The notes below the pieces were generated by a model, which searched no databases, was not told the DNA's origin, and saw only the letters and a program-made list of their open reading frames with translations. 45,009 bases of DNA from a virus. A program made the translations under genes and the position numbers. Shown piece after piece: positions 1-8,815 of this stretch (its first letter is position 1; every line of letters begins with the position of its first letter). The stretch is taken from the UHGV virus genome UHGV-0208172; one strand, given 5' to 3'.

Positions 1-516
1 ATGAGTCAGGAATCAGTAGAAGCTGCCTATCGCCGTAAGTTGGCATCAAATCCCGACGGCGAGATGGACTACATAACGTTGCAAATCAGCCACCCGTTGC
101 TGTCAAAGACGTACTATCTTGTGCGCGGGTTACAGGAACTTACGGCAACACTAGAGACAGGCGAAACTATCACATTCGAACCTACCCCGATGGAGGCGTC
201 GGGGGCCGCTAACAACAGTGATATGGACCAGACGACCACGTTTACTTTACCGGATATCCTCAATCAACTTGATGATGAGATGGATAAAATCCCAATGAGC
301 AATACCGAGTTGCCGAAGTTCGTCTTCCGCCGTTACGTCAGTACCGACCTGTCTTACCCGGCTGACGGCCCGGTCGTGTACGAGTTGCAGGCTATAAACC
401 AGGAGAAAGGCGAGTTCTCTGCGGATGTCGGTACACCTATGCTGAACCAACGAAGCACTGGTATACTGATGACACCTAAAGAGATACCGTTATTACGCGG
501 CCTGTTGACCACATGA
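1..516 (+). CDS. minor tail protein, lambda gpL-like (N-terminal domain only)
   Basis: 171-aa ORF beginning at base 1 directly after the gpM-like gene ending at 45006 (circular continuity); residue pattern resembles minor tail protein L family; overlaps next gene. Confidence 0.6.
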   Translation: MSQESVEAAYRRKLASNPDGEMDYITLQISHPLLSKTYYLVRGLQELTATLETGETITFEPTPMEASGAANNSDMDQTTTFTLPDILNQLDDEMDKIPMSNTELPKFVFRRYVSTDLSYPADGPVVYELQAINQEKGEFSADVGTPMLNQRSTGILMTPKEIPLLRGLLTT

Positions 517-878
517 ATATTAATGACTATACGGGTATACCTTACGATTTTCGCAAACGCAATTGCTGGCATCACGTGCGCATCGTACGGGCCGATGCCG
601 GGTTAGAGACCCCGGCGTTCGACGTCACAAGCCCAACGGCGATTAACGAAGCGTTTGACGAAGGCCACCGTGACACGAAGGGGCTTACAAAAATTGATAA
701 GCCTGAAAACTTCTGCGCGGTGTTGATGGGGTATCGCCGTGGCGGTCGTATCGTGTGGCACGCAGGAGTTTACTTCGACGGGATGGTTAGCCATTGCGAG
801 CTTGCGTCCCGTCAGGTACGGCTTGACAGGCTGGCGGACCTCAGAGACACGTACACGGAGATTGAATTTTGGCGATAA
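513..878 (+). CDS. tail assembly protein, gpK-like (putative Cys/His peptidase domain)
   Basis: 121 aa, ATGA overlap with the L-like gene, NCWHH and later His/Cys residues, position between L-like and J-like genes. Confidence 0.5.
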   Translation: MNINDYTGIPYDFRKRNCWHHVRIVRADAGLETPAFDVTSPTAINEAFDEGHRDTKGLTKIDKPENFCAVLMGYRRGGRIVWHAGVYFDGMVSHCELASRQVRLDRLADLRDTYTEIEFWR

Positions 879-3427
879 TCCTGCACTACACGCGAAACGC
901 TGATGGCGCTTTCGACCGTACAAAACACGTCGGGATGCCGATGGAGTTTGTCGTTAACCGTGTCCCGGACGGCGTGCCGGTGCGCGTCTACCTCGGTGAG
1001 ATTGGCGACGATACTGATGTCACTGACGACTTCGATGCGCTTAAAGACGAAGACGCCGTGTACCACATTATTGAGGGCGCTGGTAGTGGGGCGCTTGGCG
1101 CAGTTAGTAAGGTGTTTGGTTTTATCCTCAAGCCTATCGCTAAGTTGTTTGGGCTAAACACCGCAGCCAACGCCAACTACACGGCGACTAACAACCAGAC
1201 AACATCACCAAATAACAGCCTCACAGACCGCTCCAACAAACCGCGGCCTTACGAGCGCTCTTATGATATCTGCGGGACTGTACAGACAATCCCTAATGAC
1301 CTGATGCAGACGTACAAGGCATTCAATTCTACGGGGGCTTTGCTGGAGTATTCGTACTATGACGCAGGGCGCGGGCATCTGCATATTGATGCTGATGGCG
1401 TGACAGAGGATGACACCCTGATAAGCGATATCACAGGTTCCTCTGTTGCCGTGTATGCGCCGTATACTTCGCCGAACAACACCGCTTCACCACAACTACA
1501 AATCGGCGACGTCATTGACCAGAAACTATATGTGACATACTCCAACGACGATGTTGACGGTATTATACTGAAAGCACCCAACGACATCGGAGCTAACCCG
1601 AGCGCTGACGGGAGAGTTCGTTACGACTCGTCTACTAAAATAGGCTACATATATGACAGCTCCGGGGATTCCGCCTTTACCGAATTTCTTAATGTCGGAG
1701 ACATTGCGGTCTTAACTGAATTTTGGGTTAAGGACGTTGCCGTTTTAGATGGGGAGTTTGAAGTGCTTTACGTGGACGATTTTGAGGTGAGAATAGCTAC
1801 AGGTGGCACTAACCAATGGCCTAACCTCGGAAGCACAACCTACAACCTGACCGAGCAATCAATCACGTTTATCGGGCCCAAAGACACTTATGAACCATCG
1901 CTTTCGGACTGGTACTACATGGTGCGCGGAGAAGTTGACCGGGTGCTAGTTAACGTTGCGGGGCAAAATGGCCTCTACAAATACGACGGCGGCTATAACC
2001 GCACCAGCGTAACTGTAGAACTCCAGTACCAGATGATTGACTCTCAGCGTAACCCTTTGAGCGGCATTTACACGGTACGGGCTACAATTACTGGTAATAG
2101 CACGGATTACGTCGGTACGTCTATCTACGGGCAATTGCCGACCGCGTCTCGTTTCCGCGCCCGTATGCGCCGTATAACGAATTTCGATAAGGACTACGAC
2201 GGTACAGTAAGTGACGAGATAACCTTCATCAACCTGTACGGGCAATCACTAGACACCACCCCGCACTACGGCAACAGAACTACCGTACATTGCGCACGTA
2301 AACAGACGCCGCGGGCCGCCAGTATCGATAACCCTGAACTGCGCATGATTGCGACCGAGATGTGCTACAAATACCTCGGCAATGGGGTATTCGATACAGT
2401 AATGACACCGAACACGCAAGCCGTACAATCTCTAATTCGACTGGCGCGCGACCCCGCAGTAGGCAATCTGGAACTGACAACGGCAAACATGGACAAGTTA
2501 CTTGCTGTGCAGGAAGAAATTGAGTCCTATTTCGGAAGTGAATTAGCAGGGCAATTCTGCTACACGTTCGACGACTATGACACAACCATGCAGGACATCG
2601 TTCAGACCATAGCGGAAGCCGTGTTCTGTACCGCGTACCGTAAAGGTGCGGATATTATGCTGCGATTCGACCGTCCTGTCGCGGGGCCTGAAATGGTGTT
2701 CACCCACCGCAGTAAGACGACGGGTACGGAGAAATGGACCCGCACGTTCAACGATTCGACAACCTACGATAGCCTGTCGTTCTCGTACATCGACCCGTAT
2801 ACTAACGTACAGGAGACAATTTATATCCCGGAAGAACTCGGTGCAAACACCGAGGAATACGAATCGAAGGGCGTGCGCAACTACCAACAGGCATATTGGC
2901 TGGCATGGCGTCGCTACCAGCGCAACGCGTTAAGTAAAGTTGTCGTAGAGTTCGAAGCTACAGAAGAAGGCGCTCTCGCTACACCCGGCGGTGTAATCAG
3001 CGTGGTTAAGGGCTCCCGCATCGCCCCGCAGGATGGTTATGTTGTTGCCGTTAACGGGCTTACACTTACACTATCTCAGCCGGTTACGTTTACCCCGGGC
3101 GACGACCACTCCATTATCCTCAAGAAGCGCGACGGCTCTGTGCAGAGTATCTCTGTTATCAAAGGAAGCCACGACCGCGAAGTGATTATGCTCTCCGCAC
3201 CGGAGGAGGCAATTTACACGGGGAATAGTGCGCTAAAAACTGAGTTTTCATTCGGCAACGAAGCAAGGCATAATGCACAGAAGATAGTTGTTTCTTCAAT
3301 CGACCCCGGCGACGACCGCACGGTCAAGATTACAGGCTACAACTATGACGATGGATTCTACAAATACGACGGCGTCGCGCCATACGGCAGCGGTTTCTCC
3401 GACGGATTCAGCAATGGTTTTAATTAA
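869..3427 (+). CDS. tail tip / central tail fibre protein (gpI/gpJ-like host specificity protein)
   Basis: 852-aa ORF after K-like gene; track start is TTG, first in-frame ATG is near 935; N-terminal region has a hydrophobic gpI-like segment. Confidence 0.6.
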   Translation: MAIILHYTRNADGAFDRTKHVGMPMEFVVNRVPDGVPVRVYLGEIGDDTDVTDDFDALKDEDAVYHIIEGAGSGALGAVSKVFGFILKPIAKLFGLNTAANANYTATNNQTTSPNNSLTDRSNKPRPYERSYDICGTVQTIPNDLMQTYKAFNSTGALLEYSYYDAGRGHLHIDADGVTEDDTLISDITGSSVAVYAPYTSPNNTASPQLQIGDVIDQKLYVTYSNDDVDGIILKAPNDIGANPSADGRVRYDSSTKIGYIYDSSGDSAFTEFLNVGDIAVLTEFWVKDVAVLDGEFEVLYVDDFEVRIATGGTNQWPNLGSTTYNLTEQSITFIGPKDTYEPSLSDWYYMVRGEVDRVLVNVAGQNGLYKYDGGYNRTSVTVELQYQMIDSQRNPLSGIYTVRATITGNSTDYVGTSIYGQLPTASRFRARMRRITNFDKDYDGTVSDEITFINLYGQSLDTTPHYGNRTTVHCARKQTPRAASIDNPELRMIATEMCYKYLGNGVFDTVMTPNTQAVQSLIRLARDPAVGNLELTTANMDKLLAVQEEIESYFGSELAGQFCYTFDDYDTTMQDIVQTIAEAVFCTAYRKGADIMLRFDRPVAGPEMVFTHRSKTTGTEKWTRTFNDSTTYDSLSFSYIDPYTNVQETIYIPEELGANTEEYESKGVRNYQQAYWLAWRRYQRNALSKVVVEFEATEEGALATPGGVISVVKGSRIAPQDGYVVAVNGLTLTLSQPVTFTPGDDHSIILKKRDGSVQSISVIKGSHDREVIMLSAPEEAIYTGNSALKTEFSFGNEARHNAQKIVVSSIDPGDDRTVKITGYNYDDGFYKYDGVAPYGSGFSDGFSNGFN

Positions 3428-3439
3428 AGAGGACTCTAT

Positions 3440-5530
3440 ATGTCAAGCGGATGCGGTGACGTTTTAAGCCTGGCGGATTTACAGACCGCCAAGAAACACC
3501 AAATATTTGAAGCTGAGGTTATCACCGGTAAATCCGGTGGGGTTGCTACGGGTGCTGATATTGATTACGCAACAAATCAGGTTACGGGGCAGACGCAGAA
3601 GACCCTCCCTGCCGTGTTGCGTGATGCGGGTTTTTCTCCGGTGTCGTGGGACTTTTCTACCGGTGGCACTCTCACGGCTAACGACCGCGACAAAGTGGTG
3701 TATGACCCCGTAAGTAAAACATGGTATTCGTACGCAGGTACGTTACCAGTTGTTGTACCCGCTGGTTTTAATCCGGTAGGTAACGCTAACTGGAAACCGC
3801 AGACGGACCCCGATTTGCGTAACGAGCTTACCGCATACGATGGGACCACGGTTGACCAGATTGCCCATCGAGTTACGACAATAAAGTCATTTGAAGAGTT
3901 TGGCGCCATTGGCGACGGGGTAACTGATGATACCTCAGCGATGCTGGCGGCATTGTCGTGGTTGGAGGGGGTGCCGTTTGGTAAATTAACAGGGCGAGTT
4001 GGGGCTAAATACCGCATACAACAGAGCCTGGTAATGAAGTTCGACGGCTCTTATACACAGGAGGTTACCTCTACAAGGTATATTGATTTCACCGGAACAA
4101 CAATCGTAGCAGGAGCTTCTGGCATCACATGCTTAAGAATGAGCCATGATTTCTGCCACATCATAAATCCAGTAGTAATTAACCCAGACAACTACTCTGA
4201 CGTTATCGCCTACGCTATCGCGCCAGAAGACGAATCTCAGACTACCGTACGCGTATCACAGCAATTCTGTGTAATGGAGAATCCACGCGCAAGGGGAACC
4301 AAAATTGGTCTTAAGTTTAAACCAGGGCCTACAGTCGGTGGGAGTAATAGCGGTGCGTATTACCACTCAATTATGAACCCAAACTTTGAGCGAGTAGACT
4401 GCGGGTTTTATTTCGAACGTAGTGTAAGCGGAGATAATAATAACACCCGCATTCATATATACGACCCGCACCATGCAACTGGGAACTGTAGCTTCTGGAT
4501 TGAAAGTACAGATAGCCTTCGTGTATTCGGTGGGCACTCAGAAAATATTACACAAGGCACTTGGCCCGCAGACGTGCCTTGTGCAGTGCGTGTTGTTAAG
4601 ACGGTGAACAGTGACACCCAAGTTGCCGGTAACTTGCGATTCTATGGTTACTTTGGCGAATTATGCACTCGTGGGTATCAGATAGATGATAACGTTGGTA
4701 CGTATAACAATTTCTTTGATTGGAGTTGGGTATTCTTAGACCAAACCCCGACACGTGCAGTAGATAAACCTTTTGAATCATTAGCAGAATTCGATGGTGT
4801 ACTTGTCTCTAGTAACTGGGATTCAACCCAGAAGAATATTGCTGGTTGTCGTAGAAGAGAATCTGGTAAACAGGCAGTAATCATACAGAACGATGATACT
4901 TTACCAGCGGAATTATACTCAGACACGAAGTGGAAATTCACATCATCTGTGCTGGAAGCTCCTGTTCAGGATGTAAGGAATAATAACAGTGGTATTCAGA
5001 TTATTGGGGCTACTGACGCAGGGGTTTTAATAACCACAACTCCAGGAACTAAAGGAATAACCCTGTCCAGTTATGATGGCAAAACATCATCTGGAAACCC
5101 AAATGGCGACTTCACCATCACCGGGTATAATGGGTTCCTTCCTGGTGCGGATAACTCTACAGTGCTGGGGTATACAGGCCACAGGTGGAGCGCAGTGTAC
5201 GCTGCGTCCGGGACTATAGTTACATCTGACGAAACGTACAAGACATTCACTACCCCATCCGACGACGAGGCTGCGCGCGAAGCAAACGCAGCAAAAGAAA
5301 TACGTTGCTCACTTCGTAGGTATAAGTTTAACGAGTCTGTCGCTGCTAAAGGTTTCGAATCGGCACGCACACACTTCGGGGTAGGTGCGCAGACAGTGGA
5401 GTCTATTCTGATGTCCAATGGGTTGAACCCTGATAATTATGCGTTTCTGTGCAAGGATGAACTGGATGGTCGGTTTGTGTATTCAATACGGTATGAAGAA
5501 TTATTGGTTTTCCTCATGATGTATTCATAA
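3440..5530 (+). CDS. tailspike / tail fibre with right-handed beta-helix depolymerase domain (pectate-lyase superfamily-like)
   Basis: 696 aa; RBS AAGAGGA upstream; motif FGAIGDGVTDDT typical of pectate-lyase-fold phage depolymerases; last gene of tail module; possible C-terminal chaperone-like domain. Confidence 0.8.
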   Translation: MSSGCGDVLSLADLQTAKKHQIFEAEVITGKSGGVATGADIDYATNQVTGQTQKTLPAVLRDAGFSPVSWDFSTGGTLTANDRDKVVYDPVSKTWYSYAGTLPVVVPAGFNPVGNANWKPQTDPDLRNELTAYDGTTVDQIAHRVTTIKSFEEFGAIGDGVTDDTSAMLAALSWLEGVPFGKLTGRVGAKYRIQQSLVMKFDGSYTQEVTSTRYIDFTGTTIVAGASGITCLRMSHDFCHIINPVVINPDNYSDVIAYAIAPEDESQTTVRVSQQFCVMENPRARGTKIGLKFKPGPTVGGSNSGAYYHSIMNPNFERVDCGFYFERSVSGDNNNTRIHIYDPHHATGNCSFWIESTDSLRVFGGHSENITQGTWPADVPCAVRVVKTVNSDTQVAGNLRFYGYFGELCTRGYQIDDNVGTYNNFFDWSWVFLDQTPTRAVDKPFESLAEFDGVLVSSNWDSTQKNIAGCRRRESGKQAVIIQNDDTLPAELYSDTKWKFTSSVLEAPVQDVRNNNSGIQIIGATDAGVLITTTPGTKGITLSSYDGKTSSGNPNGDFTITGYNGFLPGADNSTVLGYTGHRWSAVYAASGTIVTSDETYKTFTTPSDDEAAREANAAKEIRCSLRRYKFNESVAAKGFESARTHFGVGAQTVESILMSNGLNPDNYAFLCKDELDGRFVYSIRYEELLVFLMMYS

Positions 5531-5534
5531 AACT

Positions 5535-5559
5535 AAGGCCCCATAACGGGGCCTTTTCT
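5535..5559. terminator. bidirectional rho-independent terminator between convergent tail and replication transcription units
   Basis: AAGGCCCC-ATAAC-GGGGCCTT hairpin followed by TTTTCTC; U-rich on both sides. Confidence 0.6.
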
Positions 5560-5697
5560 CTACTCTTCAGATAACTTCTCCAGTACAAACGCCAGTTGTG
5601 CATTAGCGGCGTCTCTTTGCTGCCGTAGTCGTAGAACCTCCTCTTCAAGTTCCTTGATACGTTTTTGCAATGCTGGAATAGGGGCTATGATGTTCAT
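5560..5697 (-). CDS. small hypothetical coiled-coil protein (45 aa)
   Basis: ATG overlaps stop of upstream gene (ATGA coupling); MNIIAPIPALQKRIKELEEEV... ; ends at the terminator; below the ORF-track size cut-off. Confidence 0.3.
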   Translation of the reverse strand: MNIIAPIPALQKRIKELEEEVLRLRQQRDAANAQLAFVLEKLSEE

Positions 5698-5879
5698 TTC
5701 TTACCTTCGCTTTTCTTGAAACTGCGCTTTATGTCCGGCAGCGTGTAGCAGCGTGACTTTTCGTATTTACCGTCCGAGCTTACCAAAACAAAGCTGTTGC
5801 CATCTTTTGATATGTACTCGATGGTGAAAGTATTGAATGAATGTACGCTGTATATTTCATCGCCGACATTAAGTTTCAT
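5694..5879 (-). CDS. hypothetical protein (61 aa)
   Basis: ORF translationally coupled to the helicase gene stop. Confidence 0.45.
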   Translation of the reverse strand: MKLNVGDEIYSVHSFNTFTIEYISKDGNSFVLVSSDGKYEKSRCYTLPDIKRSFKKSEGKK

Positions 5880-7300
5880 TTCTTACCTCGTCTCTTCATG
5901 TAATTAAGCAACTCTTCCTGGACCGATTTCTTCTCGTCTGTGCGCGCGGCGACAACCTCGTCCAGCGTGTCTTTAGCAACTATGTGATACAGGAACACCG
6001 GGCGCTCGTGCCCTGCCTGCTTCTGGCGGACAGGGCCTATACGCTCAACGACCTGCAGATAGTGCTCAAGGTTCCAGCCTTGTGAAATAAACGCCAGATG
6101 GTGACCTCCGTCCTGTAAATTCAAACCATGCCCGGCTGACGCGGGATGCACGCATAGGATTTCGATTTCACCGCGGTTCCACGCTTCCATCTGCTTATTC
6201 CCCTTAGCGCCTTTGGTAAATGCCTGTGCTTGCGGGAATCGCTTAAGGATGCGATCCAGTTCGTGCTTGAACTGATAGGCCACCAGTAACGGTGCACCCT
6301 GTAACTCCTCAACGATAGACTCCAGCGCATCCAGTTTCGTGTCGTGCACTTTCTCCCAGTCTTTGGTTGCTTCGCCGTCCGCCCCCGAAACATACACGGC
6401 ACCGGAGGCAATCTGCAGACACTTAGATATCTTCGCCGCCGCGTTAGCCGCTTCGACTTCGCCGCTTTCCAGTTCCGCGAATAACTTCTCCTCCATGTCG
6501 ATATACGTCTGACGCGCCTTCTTCGGCAGGTCAATTTCAACCGGTACGATAATCGGCGCTTCACAACCGAACCACTCGGAGGGGTCGATAGTCAGGCTGA
6601 TGTCTTTCATCTTCTGATGAATCTCATTATCGGCACCCGGTCGTGCGTGATACTCACGTGCCATAGCCGATTTTCCTTTCTGTACTGAGTTAAACCAGCG
6701 GTCAGTGAATGCCGTATACGATGAGCCGAGGCGTTCGCCTCCATCGATAAACCAGTTCTGGCCCCACAAGTCTTTTAGGCCGTTCGGTGACGGTGTTCCT
6801 GTCAGGTTGATGAAACGCTTAACCTTACCGAACGCCACTTTACTGAGCGCCTTTGCACGCTTGCTTCCACCAGAACGGCTGCGGAACGATTTAAGCTTCG
6901 TGCTTTCATCGGCAACGATAACCGTAAAAGGCCAGTCGTCTTTGCCGTAGTAGTCAATCAGCCACTCGATAACTTCGTAGTTCGTACACACCACGTTAGC
7001 GTCCGACTCCAGCGCTGCGATACGGCGCTTCTCTGAACCGGTCGCATCGACGACATGCAGACACGGGAAGTTCCATTTCTCTTGTTCTGCGGGCCATGTA
7101 CCTGACGCAACACGCAGGGGAGCTAGGATTAACACGCGGTCCTCTTCGGTAAGCTGCCCGTTGCGGAACAATCGGTTGAGCACCCACATAGTAGAGGATG
7201 TTTTACCACCTCCCATACCGCACCATATATTACAGCGCGGGTGTTGCAGCATAAACGAAGTCATGAGCTTCTGGTATTCGCGCCTTTGAAACTTAGACAT
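5876..7300 (-). CDS. SNF2/DEAD-like superfamily 2 DNA helicase
   Basis: Walker A GMGGGKT, DExx box VIVADEST, LTGTP motif, C-terminal helicase domain; 474 aa. Confidence 0.85.
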   Translation of the reverse strand: MSKFQRREYQKLMTSFMLQHPRCNIWCGMGGGKTSSTMWVLNRLFRNGQLTEEDRVLILAPLRVASGTWPAEQEKWNFPCLHVVDATGSEKRRIAALESDANVVCTNYEVIEWLIDYYGKDDWPFTVIVADESTKLKSFRSRSGGSKRAKALSKVAFGKVKRFINLTGTPSPNGLKDLWGQNWFIDGGERLGSSYTAFTDRWFNSVQKGKSAMAREYHARPGADNEIHQKMKDISLTIDPSEWFGCEAPIIVPVEIDLPKKARQTYIDMEEKLFAELESGEVEAANAAAKISKCLQIASGAVYVSGADGEATKDWEKVHDTKLDALESIVEELQGAPLLVAYQFKHELDRILKRFPQAQAFTKGAKGNKQMEAWNRGEIEILCVHPASAGHGLNLQDGGHHLAFISQGWNLEHYLQVVERIGPVRQKQAGHERPVFLYHIVAKDTLDEVVAARTDEKKSVQEELLNYMKRRGKK

Positions 7301-7949
7301 GATTGGCCTCGTAAACTGCTTTTGCGAAACCCCGCGGAGTAAGAGACCGAAGTTGCTTAGTTCTCGCCGAAGCTCCGCCCAAGTATTTCCACCCCCAAAA
7401 ACAACCTATATGTGGAACCGGTTTTTTCTCCGGCATCGCAAAACCGTTACCGGCCCATATGCACGTCTTCTTAGTATAGGCGTCGCGTTTCGGCATCTTA
7501 GGGTGAAATACATCTTCACTTCCGTCCATATAGCCGCCGTACTCAAACGGGTTAAAATAATAGTTTGGCTTACGCCACAACGTTGACAGCTTACCTACCG
7601 GGTTTTCTACCATCCACGGTGACCCGTATACTCGGCCTAACCGTTCAGCCACCTTAGCGGTAGCAACGGCGGTATCTATTACGGATTGTTGCCGTTGGTG
7701 TTTCTCCCCACATCCGGCTAAGTCTGTACAACTAGGGAATGCGAAAATAATATCTGGCTCCGGGAAGTCGGAGAAACAGGAGTTAGGCGAGATGAACTTA
7801 TTCACGTATATAATGTTTTCATGCTGCACGCGCATTTCATACGCCCCGTGGTCAGCTCCGTCGTAGTTGAAACAATAGCAAGTATGGCCTGCTTCCGCCC
7901 ACGGCTGGGCCATAAGGCCCGAACCGTCAAACAATGACCAGACAATCAT
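7293..7949 (-). CDS. compact DNA cytosine-C5 methyltransferase-like protein
   Basis: 218 aa; motif I-like LFDGSG, Pro-Cys-like PSC, ENV motif (WMVENPVG), C-terminal LTPRGF resembling motif IX/X; unusually short. Confidence 0.55.
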   Translation of the reverse strand: MIVWSLFDGSGLMAQPWAEAGHTCYCFNYDGADHGAYEMRVQHENIIYVNKFISPNSCFSDFPEPDIIFAFPSCTDLAGCGEKHQRQQSVIDTAVATAKVAERLGRVYGSPWMVENPVGKLSTLWRKPNYYFNPFEYGGYMDGSEDVFHPKMPKRDAYTKKTCIWAGNGFAMPEKKPVPHIGCFWGWKYLGGASARTKQLRSLTPRGFAKAVYEANHV

Positions 7950-8137
7950 TTCGCCACCAGCACCAGCTCTTTACGCCCGAACGCCGTGACATTACCGGTT
8001 ACATCTTCAATGACCAGTTTACCGTTCGATTCGACGAACACCGTATCTACGGCGGCAGGACGACGGGTCTTAACGTTGAAAATCATGTCGCCCGGTACGA
8101 TGTCACGTGCTGGTTTGCGGTCATATTCGTGTTTCAT
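7946..8137 (-). CDS. hypothetical protein (63 aa)
   Basis: ORF with RBS AAGGAA; 30 nt downstream of a TTGACG-N17-TATAGT promoter. Confidence 0.5.
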   Translation of the reverse strand: MKHEYDRKPARDIVPGDMIFNVKTRRPAAVDTVFVESNGKLVIEDVTGNVTAFGRKELVLVAK

Positions 8138-8167
8138 TTCTCAATTCCTTATATTGTTGGTGTAGGA

Positions 8168-8452
8168 TTAACTATAATAGTTTGCTATTAGGTCGTCAAC
8201 CTGTTTAAACGACCCGACGACAAAAACATTTGCACCGCGTTTACGCATCCGCTCGTGCTCACGTAACTGGTGCGGGTCTGGCTTCGTGTTTTCGTCTTTC
8301 TTCACCTCGACGAACCAGACGATGCCGCCGGGGAGAATTACCAGCAGGTCAGGTGCGCCGGAACGTCCTTCGTAGGAAAGTTTACGAACGAGACCCCCCA
8401 GGGCCTCGAATCGCTCCTTTGCATATTTCTGTACGCGCCCTTCCGGGGTCAT
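8168..8452 (-). CDS. VRR-NUC domain nuclease
   Basis: 94 aa; PD-(D/E)XK-type signature GAPDLLVILPGGIVWFVEVKK. Confidence 0.75.
   Translation of the reverse strand: MTPEGRVQKYAKERFEALGGLVRKLSYEGRSGAPDLLVILPGGIVWFVEVKKDENTKPDPHQLREHERMRKRGANVFVVGSFKQVDDLIANYYS
8171..8199 (-). promoter_or_regulatory. sigma70-like promoter (class B: TTGACG-N17-TATAGT) embedded in the 3' end of the VRR-NUC gene
   Basis: Read on - strand: TTGACG ACCTAATAGCAAACTAT TATAGT; same architecture as promoters at 11967 and 14705. Confidence 0.5.
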
Positions 8453-8601
8453 GAGTGCAGAATCCAGGTAAGGAAAGCCCCGCCTAGAACGGCAACCCCG
8501 ACAAACTTAAAGAACAGGCCGTAACAGAACATCGCAGCTATTCCGGCGCCAAGTAACAGTGCGAGCATGGTTACTATCGTCCAAAATACAAACATTGTCA
8601 T
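8449..8601 (-). CDS. small hydrophobic membrane protein (50 aa), alternative to the overlapping 8507..8815 ORF
   Basis: ATG with RBS GGGAGGGG; MTMFVFWTIVTMLALLLGAGIAAMFCYGLFF...; stop overlaps VRR-NUC start (ATGA). Confidence 0.35.
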   Translation of the reverse strand: MTMFVFWTIVTMLALLLGAGIAAMFCYGLFFKFVGVAVLGGAFLTWILHS

Positions 8602-8815
8602 AATACGCACCCCTCCCGTTTCGTATGCTCAATCCCGCAGCGCGGACAGATTCGGCAGTCTTCTTCATAGAACCAGTAAATTTTCGTTCCAGCACCCACA
8701 GATAAATTGCGATGAACATACCCAATACGGCGACCATCATGCCGTATTGACCCTCGTGACAGTAGACACCGGCGGCAAATCCCGCCAGTATCGCGATAAT
8801 CAGTTTACTTAGCAT
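8507..8815 (-). CDS. hypothetical protein with hydrophobic N-terminus (frame conflict with 8449..8601)
   Basis: 102-aa ORF; N-terminal half membrane-like, C-terminal half low plausibility. Confidence 0.3.
   Translation of the reverse strand: MLSKLIIAILAGFAAGVYCHEGQYGMMVAVLGMFIAIYLWVLERKFTGSMKKTAESVRAAGLSIRNGRGAYYDNVCILDDSNHARTVTWRRNSCDVLLRPVL

Noticed and set aside
6121-6564. 147-aa alternative-frame ORF within the helicase gene (same strand)
   Set aside because: Overlaps the helicase reading frame, which carries the conserved motifs; Arg-rich frame-shifted translation.
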